The notes under the pieces were generated by a model. That model was given only the letters and a program-made list of their open reading frames with translations, ran no database searches and was not told the origin of the DNA. Shown piece by piece: positions 12,801-27,800 of a stretch of 64,000 nt of DNA. The translations under genes and the position numbers were made by a program. Position 1 is the stretch's first letter; each line of letters opens with the position of its first letter. The stretch covers positions 186,001 through 250,000 of the forward strand of contig JAQGDQ010000127.1 in NCBI GenBank assembly GCA_030141605.1, in the 5' to 3' direction. Source of the DNA: Tubiluchus corallicola (Eukaryota; Animalia; Priapulida).

Positions 12801-15800
12801 TTGAACTGAAAAAAGAAACCTAATGTTTTGCTTATATATTATACAAGAAGGGATATAACTTTTTACTTCCATGTCTTATAGGCATAGTGATTTTTACAGG
12901 GCAATTGTTACAGTATCTCACACTCATCGTAATCATTACTATACCTAAAGGTAGAGCATATATTAAACAGCAGAACCGACCAATATTACAACAAATATAG
13001 AGAAACTCTAGTTTTTACTTAATTTTCTGTTTGAATTTTTACATTTCTTGTCTGTTTTCTCATCTACAATATTTGTCTGCAATATGGTTTGACTGACCCA
13101 GATTTGAACACTGGGCATCTTGGCCGCCTCCGCAGCAGTTTTTTGCAAAAAATGCGGCATTGCATTTAGAACACTTTAAAGTCACAAACATTTCATAGTT
13201 GTACTTACCTTTCTCTCTACCGGGTTTGGAACTAACTGTTTTTGTACTTGTTGCTGAAAAATAAAGGCAAGTTATTTCTAAATATCATTTCATCATTGTA
13301 CGAATGATAAACTAGTTTCAATATGGGATACATAGGCTAAAAGTAGTCTATTACAAAAACGTTTGTATATTGCCAGGTCAGGGACGCCATTAAATTTTGT
13401 GTCATAGCAGGTTGGCGATGAGGCGAGGGTCCATAAAATATCCATACCGAAAAACCTTTGGTATCGCTTTTTGTTACACGCATACTCCTCTCTGTGATGC
13501 TCAAGAAAGGCTTTAATTATCCATGCATAATTACCTATTATATAGCATATGTCTAGATCGATTTTATTAAAATTTCTTTTCCTGCTAACTGTTTCCCTCT
13601 GTTAAGAATGTAAAGTTGACTCGTCTGCAGGAAGTGTATTATAATCGTAACAAGCCCGTTAGCCAAAATTTTTCAAGGTATAACAGTTAAAGATTTACTA
13701 TTGCACTACTTGCAGGCAAATTATAATCAAAGCATGTTTAGCAACATTAAGTCTTGCCCAGCTTGATACACTTCCTGGTTAAAGTAACAGGTCTACAAGT
13801 CTAAATACCTAGAAACAGGTTATAATTATGTTTCAAGGTCTGATTTTATAACACAATTAAAGATTGTTGTTTTGCAGCAGTATTTCACTCTTTTATGCTA
13901 CTAATCTGGGATATGAACTTTTGAGTTTGATACAGCAAATAGGTTGTTGAATGATATAATAAGAGGGTGGTGACAATCTGTGTACTTAATATACTACGCA
14001 AATGCAAATGCAAATTAGTTTATAAGAGGGCATAACGAGAGTTCTATTTCTGGTAATTAATAAAAAATCGAACCAAATGACTATCATAACAGTTATGCCT
14101 ACTGTAATTACAACGCTTGCTTTCATGAGAAAAGCACCTACAGATAAGTTCATGCCTGGTCGCTTTGTATATGTGTTGTCTTCATTCACTTCACTGAAAA
14201 TAAAAAAATAGGTGACGTCATTGTAAATACAACAAATGTACTACTTACGTACATAAAAATGTATTATACTGAGTTCATGAGATAAGTCGTCTATGTTTGC
14301 CACTATGATGGTATACGGCACTCCGTGGGAAGGCCGTATACCATCATAATCTACCTCATTATCAGAGATAATTTGTGAAATCCCAAGAGTTTTTCCTGGT
14401 GGTCACCCATCCACTTGCTAATCAGGCCCAATGTTTCTAACTTTATGTGCTAAGTCCAGTGTCAGTTTTTTTAGAAAATTCTATACAGCTTGCCATAATA
14501 TACCTAGACCAACGGTGTGTATGACGAGTTCACATGTAGTAGATTAAAAATGGATGCATGCCGGATGTGAATCAATGTGGCTTAAACAACTTCTTTCAAA
14601 TTTTATCAAAAAGAGCAATTTACGATATATTGGCAATTCAGAATAAATAATTCTCGTTCGAATAAATTATTTTACTGTTTTCGTAGTTAAATGCCTGCTT
14701 CACTATATTAGCATTCTCCTTCAGTTAGACCTAGGTGAATAACTCGTGGAAAAATGTGAAGTGGTCGCAGTTTAAGTAGAAATAATATGCCATACCTAAC
14801 TTCACTCCGTTCGTCCGTGAAAACACGCAGGAGGAACTTGGCTTGTGTATGAGCCTGATAGGTGCACGGCATAATGACGTAATTGCCAGGAGGAACGGCA
14901 AAATGAGCCACAGCTTCCCGCGTCTTCTCAAACGTTTTAATTACTACAGGCTGGTTCTCAGAAATGCTGTCCCGGTCCAAAAAATGCGTTTTGCCATCGA
15001 TGTCAGGCGTTACCTGGATAAAATACAAAAGTATAGCTCGGAAAAAAGAACAAAGGTGAACAAGTAAAAGTCTTACGAACAATGTTGGCTGGCCTAATAG
15101 GTAAAATAAAAAATACACTCTTAACGTTTAATGTCCCAAACGTTTAAAAATATGTATTAGTTGATCGAGCTACCGTGATGGCCTCTTGAAGTTCACTAGC
15201 ATTTTGATCAACTGACATAAGGGCCGTCCACATGCTGACTGGTGTCTCAACCAGAAGAACCCGTTTATAGGGCGTACGCAAACGGCGCACTATTACAAAA
15301 AACAACGAATAATAAAAAGCGACTGCATAACTCATGTTTTGTAAGTGCATGAGTGCAGACATTTCCGTAAGATTTGTAGACTTTACAGGAAAATGTACAA
15401 GAACTTGTAGCCTACTAGTACTAACCTCCAAAAGCCACAAGCTATGGGGCCTCGACAACCTACCCTTTCTACAGTATTCGGAGATGAAAATTTGTTCATT
15501 ATTGAACATACTCGGTGTTATCCGAATACAATTTAAAAATTCACTCGGGGTTCTGCTTTTAATGCCTGAAATATTTGAAAATAACATCTTGTTCCATATT
15601 TTTGTGTAGTTCTTTCTTTGATTTCGCTATAATTTTTCTTTGCAGCACATGCTAAAACAAAGCTCGTTTTCATACAAGCCGTTTAGCGCTATTTCAGAAA
15701 TGAAGAGAAATTAGAGATCACCTCCTTCAAAAAATAGTTACATGTAATTTAAATGTCAGTGAAAACTGATCCTGTGGACAGAGTTCAGTATTTTAAATGT

Positions 15801-18800
15801 TATTCTTTTGAATGTCAACCTTTGAATGGCATTCTTTTGAAGGACCATGTCGACTATAGGCATAAGCAAAAATGTCAATTCTTTCTCAGTCAGGCTCTGC
15901 TGACTGCCCAATCAGCATTTTTTCACTGACTGCCCGATTTTCACACGCCAACAGAGCCTATTCGTTCGCCGTTCTTTCGGGAAAATCAGCGGCATAAGGT
16001 GTAACTATGCATTGCCAGTATATGTTACACTGTTATGAAAAATGCGGAACTTTCCATTAGTTCGCGGGAGAGAAACCGGCCTGGTTTTAGATTTTATTAC
16101 AGATTGTCGATTGGCTGCATTGTCGATTGAAATTGCAAGTGAATTTCTGGAAATATATACATAATCTAATTTCGTTTTTTTATAAGAATAAACTCCTAAG
16201 TCTATTGGTTATCGATTTTGTTATTAATAAAATGCGCAGTTTAGTTTAATTTATGACTTTTCAAGTTGGATAAAGAGAATTATTTAATTAACTTAAAAAA
16301 TTAACCTAACGAGGTTAGCCGATCATATGCAACATAGCAGCTTTAATGATCACAAACGTCAGATCCTACCTGAACAGAGGTGACAATGAAATGTTTTATT
16401 TCAGATTGAAGACCGAGTTTGCAAGTCTATATGATTCAAGGTTAACTTGCATATAAAAATCACAGCCTGAACACCTCTAAGTAGGTTTTCCCAAGTTGTA
16501 GGAAGGGCAATAAGCTAGTCAGCAATAGTTAATGCCTAGCGGCAGAGTTGAACTCATCCACGGGAATCCGTGGCAACGATCAGAACACGGGGTAATCGAG
16601 CACACGCATAGAAACCCACATTCAGGCAAAGTGTTCTCAGAAATTTTCGGGCAAAATGTTTTCTTTCCTGGAATGCTTTTATAAAGCTCAATAAAATCTT
16701 CGCGGACCAAATTAATTCAAATGTGTCTTCATCTTGATTCAAATGTGGTCAAATCTACGTAATCTATTACTTATCTACGTAATATTTGTGCTCTAAAAAT
16801 AGTCAATTTTGCGCTATTCTTCCGGTTATAATAATGCTTAAAAGATGTAATTGGGACCTATGTAACTCTGGCAAGATATGAAAAAACACAATCAGTTTAC
16901 ATATACTGCTGATTAGACATTAGTTGTCATGTTGTTGCTAAAGAGAGTTCAGCGTTAGCTGCTGCCCAGAATGCCGCTGAGCGTGCTGACGTCACAACAG
17001 AGGCGGAGCGATAGACCAGTATGCTCACGTCACAAGGGAAATGGTTGGATTTGAGATGTTGCGGAACTAATTTTTTAGAGTTCTTTGTAAATCTGCAGGA
17101 TCACGTGGCACAGTAGGCCATGCACAGTGGTCAGATTCATGGGGAACCGCCTCAAAAAATCGACCATTTCTCAACGTAAAACCTTTTTAACTCTATAAGG
17201 TCGTTCGTAAGACATTGAGCGGTTAGAGTCCGTGAATGTAGCTACATGAACGTAGCATAAAAACAAATATAGAAAAACACACAAATAAAGTAAAAGTCAA
17301 ATTAATGGGCAAATGAATAGATAAAAACGCAGAGCTAACAAAGATGTTAAGTAAACAGCAAAGATTAATAACCCGAAAGTAAGAAGAAAAGGCAACAAAG
17401 GTAATAACTAAAAAGAGCAAGAGTTGCTTTAGTTTAATGACCATTGAAAATTACGTTAGTCAGTTTTCATAAAAGAAAAATCACAGTAATAAAGCTATGC
17501 GCCACACAAATACGGTCTCGATGAAATGTTTATGATACATATAAATCAGTGAAACAGAAAGGCAGGGGTGAAAAAATGGAAGAGGGAGGAGGGAATTTTG
17601 CTGTTGTCGATGTTTCTTTTATTGGCCCTGGCAGTAATTAAAGTGAAAATGACGATGACGTTGCTGCGTTTTGCAGGGCCTGACTAATATAATATCAATG
17701 TTCCATACAATCTATTTACATGCACATTTACATTACTAATCACTGTCATGACTGATTTCTACTGCTTCGTCAGCGCAAAAGATCATTGTCCAAAAGAAAT
17801 CTGCTCGCAAAAACGAATTTTATATTTTGGATATTGGTATATCTCAGAGAAAAATAGTAAGTAACGTGTGGTCTACAAGACACGCAAGCTTAATTTTAAA
17901 AGACTTGTAATATTGATTGGACGAATTGTAGGTTGTAGTACCACGTTCCGTTTTAATTTTTTATTGCTAAGAAAATATAGAGCTTCAAATACGTTATTAC
18001 TAATCATATTTTATTTTACGTGAAGACAAAGAAAGATGAAGGAAAAGTGAAGGCAGGAAGGGATGTAGAAAAAGAAGAAGAAAACCGGCAATTTAAAAAT
18101 ATTTATGCAATAACAAAAAATATCACAGTAACTCGCTTAGTTTATATTACGCAAAATTAATGCTCTGCGTCTATGCTATTCCTGTTGATAACTGTTGCGC
18201 CAGTTGCTATTTCTGTTACAAATGTCTCTTTATTTTTGTCTCTATTACCCAAATCCCTTTGCTCTATAACTTTTAGTACTAGCAGATTGCAAAGTCTGCT
18301 TACCTTGTAGACGTAAAAACCTATTGCTTGCATGTGTTGTGGATTCCGATCGTATTGCATCACAGAAACTACAACATTGCACATGTCATTAGCAACGTCT
18401 TCCTCATTAATGCTCAGCTGAAACTGTGGGTTGTAAGGCATCAGATCTACATGTACAGAAAAGCATGGTTATTAATGTTACGATGGTCAGATGTGTATAA
18501 GCAAAAGCGGCCTTACAGGATAAAGCCAATAAATTCCTATTACCTAGAACAATTAGATTAACATTAAATATTCTACGATAAAAAATATGTAAAAATTGCT
18601 AATAAAACTATTTTTATATACCTCGTAGTTCGTATAAAAACGTAGTCGTAAAACCGCTCCAGCTCTATATCAACAGCTATCGTCAGACAGAGAAAAAAGT
18701 TCAAGTTTAAGTTTAGCAAGCTGGTATTTACTCAGGTTTCACCTGACTCCTCATTGGTGTAAATCATGTGTGTAAGTTTGTAGTTCTTTTGCAATTTGCG

Positions 18801-21800
18801 TTGTGTTTAGCTTGCAGGTTGTCACTGAAACTCTTTTTTTATAATTTAAGTAAACTTCCACTAGTAGTTCGATAAGAAAAAAGAACCATGCAAAACATAT
18901 CACCTGGAAAGTTTTGGCTCCCACCAGCATTGAATCCTCTCACCCACTGCCTCTGTGCCATTGCCGCTAGCCATCTCCTCTTTCCTTGTAGTCCGGGTTC
19001 TATGTACCATGATTCTGGCGTGTGGTAAAGGATGTCCATGTGAGTAAACAGGTTAACAAAATCGCTAAATGACATCCTATAAAGGTAATTAACAAATTTT
19101 ACATAAGAACTCAATAGTCGAGTTTTGCGACAAGAGAAAACAAGACAGTTGTATTTTTACAGTGTTTGTAGGTCACGCAGCACAAAAAAAGTTGCGTAGT
19201 TGATGGATAAAAAATCATAAAAAGCTCATAATTACGGGTCAAGAGTCAAGAAATGCAGCACATACATAAAAGTGATTCTAAAACATAACATTATGAATGG
19301 AATACGACAGATGGGATAGGATATAGCAAAGGCAGAGCAAGATAGGACACAGCGGATTAGGAGAGGAAAAACAGTAGAGAAACATAACAGAACACCATAA
19401 AAACGCTAGTGAGAATGAGATAAGACAGAACAGAGTAAGACAGGAAAGGGTAGAACACAGACGAAACGACATGGCGACAGAGAGTTAGAATTTATTTATC
19501 GGCGGACAGTACCAACTGCATCCACAGACCACAGTAACAGCATAACGTCATCAGATCTAAAAAATACTTATTATACAGAAATTCACAAGACGAAACTCTT
19601 ACATTGCACATATGATATTGCTAAAAGTCACATAGTGTACATACAATATTTAAAATACAATTTTAGTATACTTATTATTGCTGCAGCATTCTGGAGAAAA
19701 GTACAGAACATTATGTTGGAATTGTATTAAAAGCTGTACATGTATGTACACCCATGTTATGGGTACATTTTGAATATTTAGAGACGTAACCAGCTACTAT
19801 TTTGTTTCTATCACACTCACTGTGAATTTTTTATTTAGATTTATAACAAATTTTTATTAACAATTGTAATATAGCAGAACTGATGGAACGCAGCGCAACA
19901 GCAGCACAAAACAGATTATTCTGGGACAGAAAACACCGAACTACAGGAGACACAGAACTCAATGAGAAGGAAAGGACCGAACACAGCAAAGTAGTGAATG
20001 CTATTTGCCGGGAATCTCTCAAGCAGATGCCCAAATTTTTACGTACCAAAATTCACCATCTTGTTTTGAGCTGAGATTTAAACTGGCTTTGTCTTCATTA
20101 GGCACTGATCGCCATTTGTCTGACCTACAAAAATTCAAAACATTATTACATAAACTTTCGCCATCGAGTGAGTGGAATAGCTGAAGTTACGAGGCCTGCT
20201 TGATAACGAAGTTATGCAGTCCTGGGCTATTCTAGTAAATGGGTGGAAGGAACTTGTGGAAGGAACCACAATCTCTAATATTAGTAGGCCCTACTGCTGT
20301 TTAAATGTTGGCTATCAGGTTACTATGGGCCAGGCCGTGTATAAAAAGTATTTGGTAGTCATAAAAATCTATTATTAGCAGTTAGACATTGGTGCTACAA
20401 AATATAATGTCGCAATCACACAGTACGGCATCATGCGCCTACAACATGAGTTGCATTTGCTAAATATTCTTTCAATTACATGTATTATAATTAAAATTTA
20501 TGTCACGCTTAAAACTTTAAGTTTAACTAAGAGAGTTTGATGAACAACAAAACTTACCAATCGTTCCAGGAACCGTTCCATTCTACCGTACCCCAAGGAT
20601 TTCTTAATCGTACAAGCCTAGTGCGCCCGTCTGTATAGGAATTTATCTTAAACGAAATAACAGATTCACTAGCGAGTGTCGACCATAGCAAAAGCAAAAG
20701 GTTACCACACTACAAACATTTTAGAAGCTATAATGTGAGGTCATTGGCTGACGGTTGGTCAGAAAATATAAATGCAAAATTTAACGAAAGTGACTCAGAT
20801 TTAAGCAAGGTGTTCTAGGTCATAAAGTTTATTTGCCTCCTAAGACCTAAACTATCTTCTCCATTTTAGCAAGAGCAGTCCCAATTTTTTGTAGATATGA
20901 GCCATCAAACTAGCCCACTTCATTTTGAATACAATGCTAGTGCTTAAGGAAGAACGATTTTATATACGCTGGTATATTAAGTTTGCTTTTCAAAAGTTCC
21001 TGGGTAAAATTATTAGATTATTATTTTATTTCGACAGCTAGACCATAAATTACACAAAAATACACACACAATTACAAATACATTTACAATTATAATTAGA
21101 AAAACATCTAAAACTACAATCATTAAGAAATAATAAAAATACTACAATTACAGATATAAAACAATTCATTCAGTAGACGTGTATCATTGTTCCCTGCGGT
21201 CTAGTTTCAGTTTACTATAACTAAACGCCTAAACAAATTAATAAAATAATATGTTACATTTACAATTATAATTAGAAAAACATCTAAAACTACAATCATT
21301 AAGAAATAATAAAAATACTGCAATTACAGATATAAAACAATTTATTCAGTAGACGTGTATCATTGTTCCCCGCGGTCTAGTTTCAGTTTACTATAACTAA
21401 ACGTCTAAACAACTTAATATACGGTAGTATGCACGTTTGAATATTTTAGAATGAAAATGAATATCTGAGTTCAAAATACGTTTCAAATAAAAGTTTTGTG
21501 AATTTTGTTGCCGATTTTGTAACAAATCGAGAGAAAGCTGAGCATCTAATATAACACCAAAGTAAGAGATGTCGTAATCTAAACACATTTATCTAGCACT
21601 GCAATCATATTGAAGTGAAAATACTTTAGCTTTCTAATACTTTCTTATCCAGTTTCAGTTTCATTCTCATGTCTCTGTTCTTTCACGACTGAATTTTGCT
21701 ACAAAAATTAATATTTACGAGGCAAAACTATGACTTGCTACTAGATAAAAAAGAACTAGAAAGACTGAATACGAGAAACAGTTATCAAATAACAACTAGA

Positions 21801-24800
21801 CATGGACGAGGGGTGTCACTACATTTGGGCAATATGAGTATGAGGGCACGAAGACAGTCAGTAACACGACAATTGGGCATCAACCCATCAGCAACGGATT
21901 ACCCATATTTCCACCCATGCATTGGAAAGTTGTGTTATAGGCAGTTACAATTAGACAGAGTGCTATAGAATAGTAAGAATTCACTGTTACATATATTGTA
22001 AATAACTATGCTAATACTTTTAGTTCTTAGGAATATATGTGTGGTATTAAGAGATAATTGTACCGCTTAACCCGTACCGCTAAATGCAAGTTGCAATGGT
22101 TTTCAAGTTGATTCAAATGTGTATGGTACTTCTATTTCTATACGGATGGAAATATATTGTATTCAGAAGCAGGGCGTTCTAATCCGTATTACGACCAAGT
22201 AACTTTATTTACTTCAGGAAAGCGTCAAGAAGCATTCAGCATTGTTGAGGACTGTGGAGTTGACTCAGCTGAGAAATATCTATCGCACTAATAGTTCAAA
22301 AAGTCCGTAACCAGCATAGTTTGCTTGCGAATTAGTGCGGTTTACTCTGTATAATCTGATCAAAAGTTCAAACTTTCAACAAAAGTAAAAAAGATCTGCA
22401 GTCATCAGTTTGTGCTTCTCTAATAAGGTTAGACATAATAATTGCAACTATTTGACACATTATCATCCATCATTGTAGCATTCTGAAAAAATAAGCAACT
22501 TTGTCTGTTTGTTGAAAACATTTAAACGTCCTTTGAAAGGGCTATCAAGATAAATAGGTTACATATTGCAATTTGGAAAGTATGAAAGTCATAATATTGT
22601 TTATACTATACTTACAGTTGCAATACCAGTCACGCTGTAAGCGTGCTGTGTTACAAGACCTGTACTTGTTCGTGTTTGCCTTCTATCCTCGGCCTGCGGT
22701 CAAAAAGATTTATTGAAATATAAAAAAGGCTAAAAACAGACTGTTTGTCTGTTGCAGATTGTATTGTTTATCTCTGATTATGTAACAAGGTAAAGGTGAG
22801 AAAGGCATATGGGCACATAACACACGCAAGAATGCACACGCCGTAATATTACTGTAGAATAAAGAATAAATTCGGCACACTGCGGGCCGGCATCCAGTAC
22901 TCAATGGTAGAGCCTACTTATTATTATTTAGTTGTTGTAGTGAGACCGTAACCTAACAAATTTTCAAGAACCCTCTAAGGTGAGATGCTAAACCCGTAAA
23001 GATCACGAAAAATGAAACCAAATAGGAGCAATTTGCCCGGTGAACGATGATAGTCACCCATCCATTTACTAACAAGCATTGATTAACTTCGGTTGTTCGC
23101 TAGCTTAAAGTTAAACCTCGCATAACGACGAAACCTGCTAAAAGATTAAATTATTTTTTCCGATCATAGCTTGGCAACAAATAGTGTCCAGGCCTTGGCT
23201 TTCATCAACTTATTGATTTTTCTTTTCCCAGAGAGTGGTGCCAGTGAGAATCATAAGTACAATCCGTTACAACTAATTCTTAAGACAGAAAATCAAATGA
23301 ATCGATGGCAGCAGCTTGGCATCTAATGTTTTCTTTTAAGTATGAAGTAGCATTTAATTATTATTATGTAACGTTGCTGTTTCATTAAATTTTCATGAAT
23401 TAGTTTCTTATCAGGCTTTAACTGCGGAACGCTCCTAGCCTTGATGACGCACAGAATACACGGGTTAGATCATCTCTCTCTTTTCTCTCCCTCCCTCCCT
23501 CCCTCGTGGAAACTTGCAAACTTCGACGTGAGCTTAATGGTAATCGAAGTGACCGTAAAGCCAGCTGTAATGACCCAGAATAAATCATTGAACCGTACTT
23601 TAACTAGCAGATAAACATTAGGCTTTATTTCATTGTCTCGTAATTTTCACGATAAAATTTGGCTTTATAGTGAAGGGTGGAAACGAATTCGGTTGAAATA
23701 AATAAAAAATAATCCATTTTTGTTATCAGGTAGCCAGCCAAGCGCTATAGCCTAACAGCAAACAGAGGGTTAGGCTTACTATAATCACACAGTGAGTTTA
23801 GAAAAAATTTTCATAAAATGTACCGTTATGGAACAAGAAACAAGTGAGGATCGAGGTATCACAGATCTAATGACGCCATAAATAAAGTCGGGTACATTAT
23901 GACCATTTTCTCCCAGTACATAAGTTTCAGCTATACCGCCAGTTAAGTCCTGCATGGCGTAAGCAGTGTATCCTCCCTCTAATGCTTCATACGAACCATA
24001 CATTCTGCAGAAAAACACGATATTAACTTAGTGGAATCAATAGGGAAACTATAGCCAAAGTGTCTTTACGAATTTTAAAACATCAACAGTATATTTTACC
24101 CTTATGCAGATGGCCTTGTTAGATAGTTAGCTCAAAATTTCATAGTTTTATGGGTCATTTTAGCGTTACTAATCCACCATGAACTGTTTAAATAGAACAG
24201 GCTTGCATTTAAGCTAAAAACAACGTTTTAATGAAAAAAAGACGATGTAATGCATAAAAGTCTTCGATTCTCATTTCGATGTCAAATTGAAGATACAAAA
24301 GACTCCGCACTCAATGAAATATTTAACCATTTAACCTAAGCAAACATCTTAATAAAAATTAGGTCGTTACTTCTGTTTATGTAATGAAATTTTAATCATA
24401 TATGTTGCTTACATATTCTTTTCACTTTTCATTTGAACTATTTACCACCTTTTATGCGAATGGGTTGAGCCATAGCTTATCGAAACATGCCAGTATAGGT
24501 TAGTAACTTAATATTCATACTTTGCGTATGCTTTTTCCAGGAGGGCGCTCCAGAATTCTGTACTGTCAGCTGAGTGCATGTACACGAGTTCTCCACGGTA
24601 TGTGGGTAAGCGATCATCAACAATAATTTCCACCCACTCCCCATATTGCCAGAACCGAAACACGAAGATTCCAGCGTAATTTTTGTGAAAGTACTGATTA
24701 GTTGGAACGCAGTTTCGAAACAGTCGAGGTGTCATGGTCAAGGACGCCACTCCTGCTAGAAGCCAACAATCGCCTAAAGCCAATTAAAAAACTGGTAAGT

Positions 24801-27800
24801 ACTTTAGTTGCCATCTATTGAAAAATAAAAAATATTTGAAAACTTATCGATTTTCGAGTTTTGTTATTAAACTCGCTCCCAATAGTGGATTTTTAACATT
24901 AGCTTCTGATAAAGAAGTTAATAAAACGACATACAGTGGCTTTAAAACGTTCCTGTGTTTATGATCCCCATAATGTTTCAAAAAATTGATAACTTTTGCG
25001 TCAAAGAAATAACAAATCTGAGATGTGTGCGGATTGTATATATAGGGTTTACTTTAAAGCATGTACCTAAGCACACCGTTGGCTAGTTAATACACAACCT
25101 GTTTCCTGAAGTTAAATTTTACCAAATCCGGCTAATACTTGGATAGCTGTATACAGGCGGAATTTTCTTAAGCCCCCTCCTAATGACCTTGTACGTTTAG
25201 GGCTCCTCCAAAATGTTTCGTTCTAAGTATTCCCATAGGAACTAATCCCATGTAGTTAGAAAATCGTTTCAAAAGTTGAGTGTAACAAGTTAGATGACTT
25301 GCGTGTGGCGAGCAGAAAACAAATTTGCGCTTGAAATCGAAGTTCGTCATTGAAAATGATGCAGTGAATGAGTATTTTGATTATCACGCTATGGTTTTTA
25401 AATTAAATAGATGCGAATGACATCAGGATAAAAAAGCAAAGAAGGAGGGGTTGAGTCGAGGAATAATGGCATGTTGAAAACAGTATAAATTTTTGTCGCT
25501 TTATTAGCAAACGGAAACAGCATGTAAATTGTAAATTATTGAATTTTTAAATCGATACAAGCAATTTGAGGTACGAAAAAACAACTTTAACCAGTTTTGA
25601 ATTTGTTTTGATAGATAATGAAAAAGTTTTTCTATTTGGTTTTTAGCCAGCCCAACGTCAAGTGCAAGTGCAGAAACAATATAAACAAAATCATTAAAGT
25701 GAATTACATCATTTCGTAATAAAAATTTTCATTAAAATTTCGTCAACTACATTAAGCTAGAGAATGAGGAACGTAGTCGCTTATACGTATCTGAACAACC
25801 TGAAACAAATAAAAATTAAATCATAAATTTATTATGTGGTCTATTTTCTTTCTTTTAAAAGTTTCTATTTAAAGGTTATTTTTATGAGTTGTGTTTGCTT
25901 GATTGTTTTGGAATGTTTGGTTGGTGATGTTAAATAATATCTATTTAATCTAGTACCAAAAACAAACGTTTTGAGTGTTAATTGAACCAACGTAATGTAA
26001 ATCGTAAAAAGCTTTTGTTGCGCACTTTTTACTTTAGTTCTTCCTGGATCTATGAGTTTTAATATTCAAGCAGCCGTGAAAATAAAATAAATAGAAAGGT
26101 ATACTCACTGTGTAATTGAATTTAATAAATTCGTGTTGATTATTAAAATAATAAAACCAGTTTATAATCTCATGCGCAAGCAAACATAAGCTATACGGCG
26201 AACGCTGGTTGGATAAGCGGAAACATAAGTCAAGGACGTAGAGATAGAGGATGCTGAAGTTTTAAGATTACAAGATTTTGAGTTTTACATTAAACACGTG
26301 TGCAGAGATCCACCTATGCAAGTGTGATCGTTGTTTTATTTTAAAAGTTTACATACGATGAAATGTCGCGTAAAAATAGAAATAATTGCAGGGTTCGGTA
26401 AAAATGTGTAGCACTAAGGAATGAGAATATAATAGTGATGTAGTAATAATTAAACTTGCGGATGAAATGAATCCACAATTATTACAATTTGAAACCAAAT
26501 CCAATGAAAGAAAAGAAGTGTTGATTCTAGGCTCTAAATTAATTAGAAAAACTGATCTAGGCCAATAGATTTGACACATTTGCAGTCTGAGCTCATACTT
26601 TTGTTTGTACAAGTGATTGTAATATATTGTTTTCAATGAGAGTGCGCAGACATGCAATTTTTAATTGCGCAACTTTTAGCCAAACACAATAGATAAGGAT
26701 AAGAAAGAGACAGCGTCTTATGAAGCGGTACCATTAATCATACTAAACAGAGATAAGAAATACAAATTAATAAAGCCAAATTATACTTATTGTCTTTGCC
26801 ATTATTTTTTCAACGACAAATTTTAAAAATCTAGAACAAAATATAAAATTTAGAAAGTGAACAGCTCGTGCAGAATGTCACCAACCCATTCTGCTGCCCA
26901 CTGCTGACTTTTTCCTACTACTGCGGGTTTCCATAATGGTAAACATCGTTTACGATTATACGCCTGATCGGTCATTCTAGTTTCCATCCTCCAAATATAC
27001 GAACTGTAAATTGCATAAAATTCGCATTCTAAATTATTTAACCTTTTCATATGAACTGATATCGCTAAACAACATTTGTATTTGGAATTCGAGTCTTTTA
27101 GCAGCATAGGTGTTTCCCTTTTAAGCAGTTTTTGATTTTTAAGATAATGGATGCCAGTATATTACAGCTGCTACACAAGTTAACTTAAATGTTACCTTAT
27201 AGTAAAACGTTGTTGGAGTAGTAGGTGATAATGTAAAAGAAGCCCACGTAAGCTTTCACAAAGTAATAAGAGTAGCCAAAAGATAAGAGTCATTTCAATC
27301 AGGTAATGTTTTTTTCTATACTTGATGTCCACTCTATGCAGCAATTGATCAAAACTATTTGGACTCATCCAATAACAATCAAAGCATTTTCTCGGTTGAG
27401 TCCGTAGTGTTGTGAGTTGGAGTTGGTTACAAATACACGTTGAATAAACGGAAATGCATTTGCGACATTACTCCTTTTTTATTGCCAGTGAACACAAAAT
27501 AACAAAACAAAACATCAGAGCTGTCATCCTGAGCAACCGACATTACTTCCACCTCTATAACAACTAACTAACTAGGTCAAAATCAAGTTACAGAACACAG
27601 GTGAGAAGCCAACCTGGCGCTTAAATTAGAATCGGCAGGCGGGTCATAACAGTAAGTCGCCATAGAGCTTATACAATTGTCATTTCACCAATCCTTGGCT
27701 AGTTATTGGGTAACATTATTCGGGTGTCTACTTGTTTTTTATGAATTAACAATACGTACACATACATGCAACCTCTCTATAGTGTCAGTTGCGCAATCTT

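Noticed and set aside
15121-17225. Possible 2.1-kb DNA transposon, including the 147-aa ORF 15144..15587
   Set aside because: Terminal similarity is weak (taac....aatgtc), with no clear target duplication or transposase motif.
19290-19990. Two purine-rich acagaa-type tracts giving short ORFs
   Set aside because: Low-complexity degenerate repeat with no coding signature.
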